Shown here in pieces: positions 10,680 to 20,527 of a DNA stretch of 64,000 nt; positions within the stretch are counted from its first letter, which is position 1; every line of letters begins with the position of its first letter. Under the pieces are notes generated by a model that did not search any database, was not told the DNA's origin, and saw nothing but the letters and a program-made list of their open reading frames with translations. The stretch lies in IMG/VR virus record IMGVR_UViG_3300028833_003520; one strand, 5' to 3'. A program made the translations under genes and the position numbers. The stretch is from a virus. Taxonomy: Duplodnaviria; Caudoviricetes.

Positions 10680-11011
10680 TTAATTATGTGGACGCAAATG
10701 ACGGTTTGACAGAAGCAAGGGTTGTAAATGTGTTGACCGTAGGTCGTAACAACATAGGACCGAAAGGTTCTGCATTTACAATCCGCATATCAGACGGATT
10801 ATTGATTTTTAATCATAATGAAAGTCTGATACACAATGATACTTATAAGAAAGTTCTTCAGGAACTTCTTAATAAGGGATATGTTGATTTGACAGCGTAT
10901 GGCGAGTTTGTTGATAAACATACAGCAAGGCGTGAATACGAGGCAGATGGCATATCAGTATTTATACCTAATAGGGAGGACTTCAAAAATGAGCAGAATG
11001 ACCGAGAATGA
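10667..11011 (+). CDS. Hypothetical protein
   Basis: SD AAGGAG; overlapping operon arrangement. Confidence 0.55.
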   Translation: MRALVNYVDANDGLTEARVVNVLTVGRNNIGPKGSAFTIRISDGLLIFNHNESLIHNDTYKKVLQELLNKGYVDLTAYGEFVDKHTARREYEADGISVFIPNREDFKNEQNDRE

Positions 11012-11213
11012 GAAAGTGCTTGATTCGTTGAAAATGAATCCTAATCAGGATGAATGGGAATTAACAACGGATGTTAACACAGCAAAATGTATGCTTTTAG
11101 CAGACATTTCGAAGAGTCTTGCAATCCTGGCAGACAAGGTTGAAGAAGAGCGACGCAACAGAGACGGTGCTTCGGCATTTATGAATGACAAGCGTTATGG
11201 AAACGGACAGTAA
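10989..11213 (+). CDS. Hypothetical protein
   Basis: ATG 10989 after GGGAGG. Confidence 0.5.
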   Translation: MSRMTENEKVLDSLKMNPNQDEWELTTDVNTAKCMLLADISKSLAILADKVEEERRNRDGASAFMNDKRYGNGQ

Positions 11214-11226
11214 GGAGTGATTATGT

Positions 11227-11784
11227 ATGCCAAAGAAGCGATTGAATAGTCCTGTATATACTTTAGGACGAATGGTTCGCTGCAGAATGACAGAGGATAG
11301 TACCTCTGGAACTCTGTATTCTTATGGACGATACAAAACCAAAATAAAGGTCGAAGATTTGCCTGAAGACTATATCAAATGTCACGCTCGTGTATTTTGG
11401 TATTTATTTGGTTTTGTTAAAACATCAGGTGTTAAAAGCGTTGCTTTTACTTATTGTAAGGAAAATCACGTTTTTAAGGATGACTATCTTTATATCGGCT
11501 ATCAGGGTCCCTTGGTTCCTGTATATTCGGAATATTTAGAGGGGTATATATGCGATTATAAAGATGGTGAACATAGCAGTCTTTGTGTCGATGGAAGCGA
11601 CATAGTAAGATTGGTATTGGCTATCGAGAAGTATTCTCCTGATGTAGATACATCTGAGGTTAGAAGACTTATTGACGAGAAGATAGAATATCTTCGTACA
11701 AAAGAGACGGATTACTATAAGAGTTGCTTCAACACAACAGAAAAGATAGATATCTTTGAGTTGTGGGGAAAGGATGGTTATTGA
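11227..11784 (+). CDS. Hypothetical protein
   Basis: SD AAGGAG; 185 aa. Confidence 0.6.
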   Translation: MPKKRLNSPVYTLGRMVRCRMTEDSTSGTLYSYGRYKTKIKVEDLPEDYIKCHARVFWYLFGFVKTSGVKSVAFTYCKENHVFKDDYLYIGYQGPLVPVYSEYLEGYICDYKDGEHSSLCVDGSDIVRLVLAIEKYSPDVDTSEVRRLIDEKIEYLRTKETDYYKSCFNTTEKIDIFELWGKDGY

Positions 11785-11785
11785 T

Positions 11786-11998
11786 ATGTTTGGATATTGG
11801 ATTCAGATTATTGCCCTGGTAGCGTTTGCAGTTGGATATCTTATCTTCATAGGTTGCGGAGTGATGAACGCAGCAAGCGAGAAGATTAAGTTTGTTCCCA
11901 ATGATGGTGTTTACGATGTGTCAGCCTGCATTGGTGGACTCAGCGTAATAATGTTTCTGATTGGCGTAGTTGTTAATCACGGATTGTTCTTTATGTGA
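11786..11998 (+). CDS. Small two-TM protein
   Basis: Hydrophobic ORF coupled to the upstream stop. Confidence 0.5.
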   Translation: MFGYWIQIIALVAFAVGYLIFIGCGVMNAASEKIKFVPNDGVYDVSACIGGLSVIMFLIGVVVNHGLFFM

Positions 11999-12005
11999 GG
12001 TGAAT

Positions 12006-12353
12006 ATGGATAACTGGATGCGAAACCTTCGAAATACTATTACTGTGTGGGGTCCAAGTCTTATCTGGACAATAATCTGTTTGGTGATTGTTTTAACACT
12101 CATTATTTTGTGTATTATTACACTTGTTCGTTTGTGTAAAGTTTTAGGAAAAATTCAAGGATTTTTTGAAGAACTTGAAGCAAATGGAGCCACGCTTGCA
12201 CAAGTAACTTATGCAAAAGCCGTAAGTCTTAAAACGATTGCAGAAACAACCGATGATATTGCAGATGAAACTGAAGGTTTGAAAGTTGTTACTGAGGCAA
12301 TTGGTTATGAAGATATGAGTGTTTATGAAAATTATAAGAAAGGGCGTGACTGA
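12006..12353 (+). CDS. Membrane-anchored hypothetical protein
   Basis: SD GAGGTG; one TM segment. Confidence 0.5.
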   Translation: MDNWMRNLRNTITVWGPSLIWTIICLVIVLTLIILCIITLVRLCKVLGKIQGFFEELEANGATLAQVTYAKAVSLKTIAETTDDIADETEGLKVVTEAIGYEDMSVYENYKKGRD

Positions 12354-12354
12354 T

Positions 12355-12639
12355 ATGAGCAGGCAAAGGCGGAGCATAAAAGCCACACCAAATTGGATAA
12401 TACCTGATACTGTTGAAAGAGATAAAACTTTAGTTATAAGAATTGTAATTATTGTTGTTTTATTAAGTATTCTCATCCCTATATTAACTATGTGTGGTTT
12501 TGAATATAATATGAATATTGCTCAAGGCGGTAAGCAGACAATTGAAGACCTTATGGGTTCTGGTAAGACAGATACAAGTGCAACAGGTGTACAACCTTGG
12601 GAAACAGTTCAAGGAGCAACTGGTCAAACAATTAAGTAA
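12355..12639 (+). CDS. Membrane-anchored hypothetical protein
   Basis: One TM segment; coupled start. Confidence 0.5.
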   Translation: MSRQRRSIKATPNWIIPDTVERDKTLVIRIVIIVVLLSILIPILTMCGFEYNMNIAQGGKQTIEDLMGSGKTDTSATGVQPWETVQGATGQTIK

Positions 12640-12660
12640 TTTAGATTATAATAAAACAAT

Positions 12661-13533
12661 ATGGATGCAGTTAAGAAACAATTAAAAATTTGGAGAATTG
12701 ATAATATTATAATTGCATTTGTAATGTCGGTTACAGTTAGTGCTTTTTGGGAAGTCAGAATGCACGGTTTTAGTCTATTTATAGGATTTTTCTTTTTAAT
12801 TGCAGTGTTAATCACTTTATGCAAAGCATATAAGTTTAATCCTTTCGTATCATTTGAACCTATTGTATTCATAATTGATATTACGAATAAGCGAAATGTT
12901 GATTATGATGAATACATAAATAACTGGGTTTTTAATAATGAAAATTACGATTTTAAGATTGAAAGAGAATCACATTTATCAACTTGGGAGAGTAATTGTA
13001 AGGATATAATTGACAGAGAAATATTCTTTAAGAAACATAGATTAAACCAGTATGCGATTGTGAAGCAGCAGGTGACCGATTATCATTATCCAATATTTCA
13101 ATGGAATTTTGTTCGTTATCATACTCGATATCGACAAGTTAATTATCAACGATATTCTTATGCTGTTGATGATTTGGATTATATTGTACAAAAATCGTAT
13201 ATTGATACTTGGGAATTAGATGCTATATGTGAAGAAAGAATACGCCAAAATGAAGAAAGTTTCGAAAGAACGCAACGCTTTTTAGAAAATAATAAGTATT
13301 GGCTTCGTTCTCGTTCTCGTTCGGTAGGACCTAAACAGCGTCAGCGTATTTTGAGAAGAGATAACTTTACTTGTCAATTATGTGGTGCAAAAGGTCCTGG
13401 TGCTGGTGGTAGTGCTGAATTAGAAGTTGACCACAAATTACCTTTTAGTTTAGGTGGAAGCGATAAAGATAGTAATTTGTGGACATTATGTAAAGATTGT
13501 AATAGAGGGAAGAGTAATGATTATATAGATTGA
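12661..13533 (+). CDS. Membrane-anchored HNH endonuclease
   Basis: Two N-terminal TMs; RDNFTCQLCG...EVDH...GG...NLWTLCKDCNRGK. Confidence 0.85.
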   Translation: MDAVKKQLKIWRIDNIIIAFVMSVTVSAFWEVRMHGFSLFIGFFFLIAVLITLCKAYKFNPFVSFEPIVFIIDITNKRNVDYDEYINNWVFNNENYDFKIERESHLSTWESNCKDIIDREIFFKKHRLNQYAIVKQQVTDYHYPIFQWNFVRYHTRYRQVNYQRYSYAVDDLDYIVQKSYIDTWELDAICEERIRQNEESFERTQRFLENNKYWLRSRSRSVGPKQRQRILRRDNFTCQLCGAKGPGAGGSAELEVDHKLPFSLGGSDKDSNLWTLCKDCNRGKSNDYID

Positions 13534-13636
13534 CGCTTAAGAAGCGATATACTATAATAATTACAATTCTTTTCGTCATTAGTTCGCTGGTCAAGATAGT
13601 TAAACAGAATCACGTTTCGTGGTTCTGTTTTTCTTT
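13530..13636 (+). ncRNA. Putative stand-alone small RNA (promoter, about 70 nt, terminator)
   Basis: TTGACG 13530-35, 17 bp, TATAAT 13553-58; 13-bp hairpin 13602-13630 plus T run; no ORF. Confidence 0.55.
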
Positions 13637-13678
13637 GTTCAGATATATTTATCGTACCATTAAAAGTACATAAATCTC

Positions 13679-13707
13679 TTGATATATGAGGAGATTCGTG
13701 CTATAAT
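13679..13707 (+). promoter_or_regulatory. Class B promoter
   Basis: TTGATA-TATGAGgagattcgtgc-TATAAT. Confidence 0.7.
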
Positions 13708-13747
13708 ACGAATGTACTTAACCTATTGGCAAATGGAGAATATATCA

Positions 13748-16132
13748 ATGAGTGAGTTAGTAGAAATCACTGGAACAATAACGAAATTTTTTAAGGACTG
13801 TCCGAAGGATAATGGATGGTTTGGTTGTTATTTTAAGTTGGAAAACGGTCTTCAAGTGAAGATGACTGGGGTATGCAAGAATATCGAACTTGACACAGGT
13901 AAGGTTTACGATGTACTTGCAGATAAAGAATCCAGTCCGAAATATGGCGACCAGTACACAGTAAAGCATATCTCTAATTCGACGAAGAGTATGAGTTCGA
14001 AAGAAATCATACGCTATTTCTCTTCATCGTTATTTGACGGAATTGGTAAAGCCACAGCGATTAAGTTATACAAAGAGTTCGGTAGAGACATCTATGATGT
14101 TATCGAGAACGAGCCAGATAAGTTAAGAGCAATTGGTATTTCAGAGAAGAAGATAGTTATTTTACAGAATGGTGTGCAGAGCAATACGACCTATGGGCGT
14201 ATATTGCGAGTAGCACCTATGCTTTCCGATAAAGTAGTAGATAACCTTATCTCGTCTTTTGGTAGGAAAGCAGCAGACTATCTCACGGACAATCCGTATG
14301 ACATACTTTATATGGAACCGAAGGTTGTAGGATATACATTCAAGTTAGCAGACCAAATAGCGTTGGGAAACGGTATGGATAAGTCTGATGCTCGTAGAGT
14401 AAAAGAATGTATGAAGTATGCTTGTCACGAGTTCTGTACGGATTATGCGTGTTCTTATCTGAATCTGTCTGATATGACTGAATATCAGCAGTATCTTAAG
14501 GCTTCTATGGAACTCATAGACAGTACGCAGGTTCACGCAAGGAATGTCGAAGATTATATTACAGAGTTCCTTAAAAAGCCCGTCAAAGGACTTATCGTCG
14601 AAGAATGTGATACACAGTATCATATGTATGTTGAAGATAAACACGAAGTCGAAAAGCAGTTAGCATTCTCGCTCGCTATGATGATTAAATCTGAAGGAAA
14701 GTTTAAGAACAATCATAAGGAACTTAATAGGCTTCTTGATGAATATTGTACTAACTTGCCGAAAGATAGAAGATTAGACCAAGAGCAGATTGCGGCTATT
14801 AAGATGGCTCTGACTAATAAGATTTCTGTTATAACAGGCGGTCCTGGAAGGGGTAAAACAACTGTTTTAGAGGCTGTTATCAGAATATGGGAACAGTTGA
14901 CGCATAAAGAGCCTGTGCTTTTAGCACCGACAGGAAAAGCAGTTTGTAGATTGAATGAGGCAACAGGAAAGACCAACGGTATGACAGTTGCTCGAATGAT
15001 TTTCCGTTCTATGATGCCGTCAACGGCTGCTCAGGATGAGCGTCTGTTCGCAAATAACCTCGTTATTGTGGATGAATGCTCAATGATAGGAATGAGAACG
15101 GCATTGGATATGATTCACTTGTTCAACGATAGTTTCGTTGTACTTGTCGGAGACGTTGACCAGTTGCCTTCGATTGAGTATGGGCAGTTTTTCAAGGATG
15201 TCTGTAAGACACCCTCTATGCCCAAGACAAGACTTCTTGTAAACCATCGTGGTACAGGTCTTATCGTACCGAATGCTGATAAAATCAACAGAGGTATGAT
15301 TGCAGAGAAGTTGGATTGGGATTATATCAATCAGTCTTTCGTACTGTATCAGTATAACGAAGATAACACGAAGTTTACTGACCATATCGTTAGTGAGTAT
15401 ATGGAGAAGATTACAAAGAACGGTAAGGTCGATTACAAGGCTATGAAGGATGTATGTATCTTGTGTCCTTCACAGAAGTACACGACAGGCTCAAGGTTCA
15501 TTAACTATATCCTTCAGGAGAAATTAAATCCTGAAAAACCGAGTGCAGGTATGAAAGACAGAGGATATATGATTCCTGGCACGGTGTATAAGATTAACGA
15601 TGTTACTTTAACGAATTTACGAGTTGGAGACAGAGTAATCTATACTAAAAATCATCCTGATTTCGTATATCGAAAGAAGGAAAGTGACGGCACCGTGATT
15701 AAGGATTGTGGTATTGCAAATGGCGATTGTGGACTCATTACGGGCGTTAAGAAAGAATTGATTACGGTCGATGGTTTCACAGATTTCGATTACATTATTC
15801 AGTTCTATACTGATGATGGAAGAGAATTCGAAATTGAGTCTCAGTATTTCGAGGAGTTTGAGTTGGCTTATGCGATAACAATTCATAAGTCGCAAGGTAG
15901 TGAGTATAAAACAGTTATCATTTCTGCAATGTGTGTGCTCACAAATTGGGGAAACTTTTCGAATCGAAATTTGATGTACACAGCCGTTACAAGAGCGAAA
16001 TTAAATCTCATTATTGTAGGTTCGGTTGATGCATTTAACAAGTGTATTTTGACCGTAGCAATGGAACGAAATTCAGCGTTATCTGATAAGATAGAAGCGT
16101 TCGCAAATATTATACTCGAAGAGGAGAATTAA
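13748..16132 (+). CDS. recD2: RecD2/TraA-like SF1B DNA helicase
   Basis: HhH GIGKATA, GGPGRGKTT, LAPTGKA, VDECSM, VGDVDQLPS, AYAITIHKSQGSEY, YTAVTRAK; ATG 13748 after GGAG. Confidence 0.9.
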   Translation: MSELVEITGTITKFFKDCPKDNGWFGCYFKLENGLQVKMTGVCKNIELDTGKVYDVLADKESSPKYGDQYTVKHISNSTKSMSSKEIIRYFSSSLFDGIGKATAIKLYKEFGRDIYDVIENEPDKLRAIGISEKKIVILQNGVQSNTTYGRILRVAPMLSDKVVDNLISSFGRKAADYLTDNPYDILYMEPKVVGYTFKLADQIALGNGMDKSDARRVKECMKYACHEFCTDYACSYLNLSDMTEYQQYLKASMELIDSTQVHARNVEDYITEFLKKPVKGLIVEECDTQYHMYVEDKHEVEKQLAFSLAMMIKSEGKFKNNHKELNRLLDEYCTNLPKDRRLDQEQIAAIKMALTNKISVITGGPGRGKTTVLEAVIRIWEQLTHKEPVLLAPTGKAVCRLNEATGKTNGMTVARMIFRSMMPSTAAQDERLFANNLVIVDECSMIGMRTALDMIHLFNDSFVVLVGDVDQLPSIEYGQFFKDVCKTPSMPKTRLLVNHRGTGLIVPNADKINRGMIAEKLDWDYINQSFVLYQYNEDNTKFTDHIVSEYMEKITKNGKVDYKAMKDVCILCPSQKYTTGSRFINYILQEKLNPEKPSAGMKDRGYMIPGTVYKINDVTLTNLRVGDRVIYTKNHPDFVYRKKESDGTVIKDCGIANGDCGLITGVKKELITVDGFTDFDYIIQFYTDDGREFEIESQYFEEFELAYAITIHKSQGSEYKTVIISAMCVLTNWGNFSNRNLMYTAVTRAKLNLIIVGSVDAFNKCILTVAMERNSALSDKIEAFANIILEEEN

Positions 16133-16136
16133 CAAG

Positions 16137-16382
16137 ATGGAACCGATTAGTGGTATTGTAACAAGACCTATACCTGATTATTCGAAGCGAATAGAGGAAG
16201 AAAGAGCAAAAAATAGACCTGAAAGCGAACTTTTTGTTAACTGTCCACAGTGGATGCGTGAGACATATTTAAGGGACAGAGCAGAGTTGTTAAAAACAGG
16301 CACATTGTGCATCTATGACCCAACGGGTACGTTTACACCTGAACTTTTTGATAGACTGATTAACCGCTTATTGAACGGCTAA
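16137..16382 (+). CDS. Hypothetical protein
   Basis: SD GAGGAG; operon position. Confidence 0.5.
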   Translation: MEPISGIVTRPIPDYSKRIEEERAKNRPESELFVNCPQWMRETYLRDRAELLKTGTLCIYDPTGTFTPELFDRLINRLLNG

Positions 16383-16399
16383 AAGAAAGGAGCAAGAAT

Positions 16400-16789
16400 A
16401 TGGCTTTTATAGAAGGTGATAATTTAGTTATTATTGTAACCCCTTTGATAAAAGAGGTTGCAGAAGTATTGAGGAAAAAGATGCCTGAAATCTCTGAAAT
16501 CGAAAGTTATGTTAGAGCATATCGGTTTATCGAATTGGACGATTATCATAGTGATTATTTTCATCATCGTGCCAATGAAGAGTGTTGCTTGGAAGCGTTT
16601 GATATGAAGGAAGACTATGGTGATGAGCCATTTAAGTTTAATGAATACAGCACCCCTATTGCAATCAATGAGCCTTATTTTTCTGAATATCTTGGCGATA
16701 TTATTAAAAATATGAGTTATCGTGTAGGTGTTTGTTATGATTATCAAAAGCATCTTGATAATGGTACGGTGATAATCAGAGAGGAGTAA
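16400..16789 (+). CDS. Hypothetical protein
   Basis: SD AAAGGAG. Confidence 0.55.
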   Translation: MAFIEGDNLVIIVTPLIKEVAEVLRKKMPEISEIESYVRAYRFIELDDYHSDYFHHRANEECCLEAFDMKEDYGDEPFKFNEYSTPIAINEPYFSEYLGDIIKNMSYRVGVCYDYQKHLDNGTVIIREE

Positions 16790-17004
16790 TGCTTATGAAA
16801 AAGATGTTTAGAGTTACTGTGAGGTTCCCTCATCAAAAGTATGCGAAGAAAGACCATTATCACTATTATATTGTACTTGCTAAAAGTGAAGATGATGCAA
16901 TAGCAAAAGTACAAAAAGAATTTCGCCACGATATATCAGATTATAGTTTTCACGCTTGGGAATGCGATGAGGATGTTGTATTTGTGAATGGTGAAGACCA
17001 TTGA
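16789..17004 (+). CDS. Hypothetical protein
   Basis: SD GAGGAG; stop/start overlap. Confidence 0.5.
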   Translation: MLMKKMFRVTVRFPHQKYAKKDHYHYYIVLAKSEDDAIAKVQKEFRHDISDYSFHAWECDEDVVFVNGEDH

Positions 17005-17192
17005 GAGAAGGAGTAAAGGAAATGACTTATCGAAATTATCTGCAGACGACAACGGATGATGAATTTGTCAAGACAAGAGTGATAGCCGAAGTCGCAAGAC
17101 AATATCCAGAGTATGATAAGTTACCTCGTCATAAGCAGTTGGAACTTTGCCGTAAAATACTTGATACAGAAATGGAAGGAACAAATAAATGA
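17001..17192 (+). CDS. Hypothetical protein
   Basis: Coupled small ORF; start uncertain. Confidence 0.4.
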   Translation: MREGVKEMTYRNYLQTTTDDEFVKTRVIAEVARQYPEYDKLPRHKQLELCRKILDTEMEGTNK

Positions 17193-17497
17193 CTTGTATC
17201 TTACTGATGTTTTCATTTATCAATCTCTTGTTTGATTCAGTGAACAAGAATAGACGTGCTTTTATGAGTGTCTTTTGCGATATGACGCTTTTCGCTATTA
17301 CATTTGTGCATTGCGTTAATGCGTTGAAAGCGTGTGATTGGAGTGCAGGGTGTATTTTTGCAATAGCAACAATAAACTTTGGAGTTATCGTGTATCACGA
17401 TTACTACTACAATTATATTTTCAAAGACACGAAGAAAGATAAAGCAAATGAAATAGAAGAAGATAAGCAAAGTGAAAACGATACAGGAGAGGACTAA
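17189..17497 (+). CDS. Small membrane protein
   Basis: Hydrophobic segments; ATGA overlap. Confidence 0.45.
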   Translation: MTCILLMFSFINLLFDSVNKNRRAFMSVFCDMTLFAITFVHCVNALKACDWSAGCIFAIATINFGVIVYHDYYYNYIFKDTKKDKANEIEEDKQSENDTGED

Positions 17498-17700
17498 TGG
17501 GTTACGAAACACCAGGTTTCAAAGACCGATGGGAACAATTAAGGACTTGTCCTTGCTGCGGAAAAACTTATAAGCAAATCTGTTCGGAGCAGGCGGCAGG
17601 TTTTCGAGAAAAGGATTTTGATGTATGCCCTTATTGCAGTTTTACTGTGAGGTCGAGTACAAAATTTGAGTTTAATAATTATGAGTTAGAAAAGGAGTGA
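17497..17700 (+). CDS. Small zinc-ribbon protein
   Basis: CPCC...CPYC. Confidence 0.55.
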   Translation: MGYETPGFKDRWEQLRTCPCCGKTYKQICSEQAAGFREKDFDVCPYCSFTVRSSTKFEFNNYELEKE

Positions 17701-18053
17701 TAAAAATGTCAATCGAAGAATTGTATGAGCAGGTATTTGATGAACAGGGGAATGTTAAACCTTGCGGTCGTAAGATTTGTCAGGAACTTATGACGGCTTG
17801 TGAACAGATTATTCACGAACCTTGTGGCGATAAGGAAAATGGCTTTATGAATGTTGAAAAAGTCAAGGAAGCCTATCGTAAGTATTTAATAACGAAAGCA
17901 CAAATTGAACCTGAATTTCCGACACCTCAGATGGAGAAGACTGCGGCAGAATTCTGTAAGGAATTTGACGAAAAAGTTATGGCTCCCTTGAGAGAATGTC
18001 AGGAAACGAATTATCAGACTATTACTCAGGTTAATAAGCCTATCAATGAATAA
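17697..18053 (+). CDS. Hypothetical protein
   Basis: SD AAGGAG. Confidence 0.55.
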   Translation: MIKMSIEELYEQVFDEQGNVKPCGRKICQELMTACEQIIHEPCGDKENGFMNVEKVKEAYRKYLITKAQIEPEFPTPQMEKTAAEFCKEFDEKVMAPLRECQETNYQTITQVNKPINE

Positions 18054-18065
18054 AGGTGAATTGTT

Positions 18066-19259
18066 ATGGGAATTTTGGTGACTGAAGATTTGATGTATAA
18101 CAATTGTGAAAATATGTATTCTCGTTTAGTTGAAACTGGTGAGTGGAACATTATTCGTGAGTGGGATTTTGAAGCCAATGGTTTTTCTTTGAAGGATTTA
18201 GAAAGCGTTTGTTTTAGACACGATTTCTATTTTAGATGTCCGAATGGGCATTTGTTTAAGGATAGTTTTTGGCATACTGGTTGTCCTGAATGTAAGACTT
18301 ATTTTGATATGAGATTTGGTCGTAGAAATAAGTTAACAATGGAGTTTGATGCATTGAAAAAGCGGTATGGCGAAGAGTCATTAAATCCTTTGATTTATAC
18401 GAATGAATCTGCTTATAATGAGTATATTGCTTTGATTGAAAAATATCCACAGTGGGCGTGCAAATATATATTGCCAACAGCCCCTTTTTCAGAAATGAAA
18501 AAGGTATATCCTGTTGCTGATGAGTTTATTACTCAACTTATAATGAGCGATGATGGTCATTCTGTTACGAATTCAGGCATTGGTACATACTTAATTGGCG
18601 GAAATAGCAGAAAGTATGATACATATATGAGGCAGTATGTGCGTATTTTATATCAAGATGAAATAAAATTACCTTTCAAAATTGCTCGTCGGTTGTTAAG
18701 TCATAATACACAGTGTTATGGTGATGACTATGAAGCCGAAGCAAATTCTGCTGCTCTTGAAGAATGTGATAAAAGTTGTTCTGTAAAAGAGCACGTTATT
18801 GAGTTTTCATCTATTTTCTTAAATCGTTTGGAAAATCTTATAGTGTCAAGTGATAAAATACAGTCTAATGTGCCATTATGTGATGCATTACAGGAATTGT
18901 ATGATACGATGAACGATAGTTCTATGAAGCCGAATAAAAAGTGGCTTGAGTTGGATAATCTTGAGTTCATTAAGAAGTGTAATAAATATGAACACAATAT
19001 TCGTAAGGCTGTAGAATTTTTGAATGAAAATCCTAAGAAATCGTCAAAGCCGTTTCGTGTAGTAGATTTGAAATTACGTCAAAAGATACTCAGACGTGAC
19101 AACTTTACGTGTCAACTTTGTGGTGCTAAAGCACCTGATGTCAGGGTAGAGGTTGACCATAAAGTTCCTTATAGTAAAGGCGGTGAGACAGTAGAGAGTA
19201 ATCTTTGGACACTATGCTGGGAATGTAATCACGGAAAGAGTAATAATTATATAGATTGA
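18066..19259 (+). CDS. Zinc-ribbon plus C-terminal HNH endonuclease
   Basis: CPNGH...GCPEC; RDNFTCQLCG...EVDH...NLWTLCWECNHGK. Confidence 0.85.
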   Translation: MGILVTEDLMYNNCENMYSRLVETGEWNIIREWDFEANGFSLKDLESVCFRHDFYFRCPNGHLFKDSFWHTGCPECKTYFDMRFGRRNKLTMEFDALKKRYGEESLNPLIYTNESAYNEYIALIEKYPQWACKYILPTAPFSEMKKVYPVADEFITQLIMSDDGHSVTNSGIGTYLIGGNSRKYDTYMRQYVRILYQDEIKLPFKIARRLLSHNTQCYGDDYEAEANSAALEECDKSCSVKEHVIEFSSIFLNRLENLIVSSDKIQSNVPLCDALQELYDTMNDSSMKPNKKWLELDNLEFIKKCNKYEHNIRKAVEFLNENPKKSSKPFRVVDLKLRQKILRRDNFTCQLCGAKAPDVRVEVDHKVPYSKGGETVESNLWTLCWECNHGKSNNYID

Positions 19260-19267
19260 GGTGTAAT

Positions 19268-19543
19268 ATGACACAGACAATTGAGGAAATCAGAAAGCAA
19301 TACGGTAAAGATAAGAACGCTCTTCTTGAGGCTTATGTTAATAAGATAAAAGAGCGTTTGAAAGAAATTCATCTTGACGGTCTCGTTAGACGTAAAGAAG
19401 ATGGAAGAATCGGTTGGTTGGAAACCGATTATTATGGAGCGTTGTGTTTTTATCCGAGAACAAAGGAAGGCAAGAAGAGTATTAACCAAAATGGAACTAC
19501 GTATCACGTAGAAACGTCCTTTGAGCCTTATGTCGAAGAATAA
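19268..19543 (+). CDS. Hypothetical protein
   Basis: ATG 19268 after GAGGTG. Confidence 0.5.
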   Translation: MTQTIEEIRKQYGKDKNALLEAYVNKIKERLKEIHLDGLVRRKEDGRIGWLETDYYGALCFYPRTKEGKKSINQNGTTYHVETSFEPYVEE

Positions 19544-19576
19544 AAATGTAGTTGTTTTGTCAAAGCACCAAAACAC

Positions 19577-19916
19577 GATACATAACTTGATGTTAATTGA
19601 TTCTCCGATTTTATCGGGTGAATGACGCAGAAGGGGAATGGGCGAAGCAAGGTACACAAGTGGAGTGAAGCGACAACGCAGGGTCCGTAGCGTTGCCATT
19701 ATGGTTCCTTCAAGGAATGGCTTGCTTGTAGTAGCGGTGCGACGGAAAATAGGCTCTTTCCGAGCAAACTTCTGGGTCGGTACGACTTAGAAGTTAGGCG
19801 TAGAGTTATTAAGTAACACAGTGACATCAGCGTGTTACGAAGAAAGTATCGTGACGAATAGTCAATTATCAAACACATAAGCGTGATTGATGAGAAGAAA
19901 ATAGTTGGTATGTATC
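19577..19916 (+). ncRNA. Putative large structured non-coding RNA of unknown family (strand assumed)
   Basis: Intergenic; closing stem GATACATA/TATGTATC and at least 7 internal helices. Confidence 0.5.
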
Positions 19917-20009
19917 TCGGTTTATGCGAGAGACAATTAGAGCATATTGTCGAATGTTAATGAGAGTGATAAAATATGCTCATAAACGAGGAGAAAGGAG
20001 CACTAACAA

Positions 20010-20171
20010 ATGGCACGCCAAAAACCTATTAAGAATGAACTTGAGAGAATAATAGAGGAAGAAGGATATCGCCCTTGTTTATTTAATCACGAGTGTTTTG
20101 GGTTTGCGTGTTCTAAATATCGTGACTGTGAGTTGCGAGGTGTTACAGTGCGAGGTAATAAGAAAGAATGA
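20010..20171 (+). CDS. Small Cys-rich protein (53 aa, not in the ORF track)
   Basis: SD AAAGGAG; MARQKPIK...CLFNHECFGFACSKYRDC; stop overlaps the next ATG. Confidence 0.45.
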   Translation: MARQKPIKNELERIIEEEGYRPCLFNHECFGFACSKYRDCELRGVTVRGNKKE

Positions 20172-20527
20172 TAATGTTTTGTATATGCAATGATTGTGGT
20201 TCACAAACAGAGTTGGATTGCAATGTTCACATAGGTTTTTTGAGAGGTACACAATTTGAGTACCTCTTATCTAATCCGAATTTCACGGAAGAACGCTTTC
20301 AAAATTGGTGGAAAGTGATGTGGGATAATCATCAGATTGCTTGGTGCGAAGACCAAGACGTAATTAACCGTTTCGGCGGTGATGTTGCTGCTTACGGCGG
20401 TACATACGATGAGGAAACTATGAGAATGAAAAATCCGACGGATTTATTCTTGGATGAAGTTGATAGATACACTCAGAATGGGTGTGTCTGTCCAGTATGT
20501 GGTTCGAAAAATAACCGATTGCGTTGA
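20168..20527 (+). CDS. Zinc-binding hypothetical protein
   Basis: CNDC...CPVC. Confidence 0.55.
   Translation: MIMFCICNDCGSQTELDCNVHIGFLRGTQFEYLLSNPNFTEERFQNWWKVMWDNHQIAWCEDQDVINRFGGDVAAYGGTYDEETMRMKNPTDLFLDEVDRYTQNGCVCPVCGSKNNRLR

Noticed and set aside
19247-19699. Minus-strand 150-aa ORF over the structured region
   Set aside because: Antisense to a plus-strand gene, no SD, no recognisable motif.
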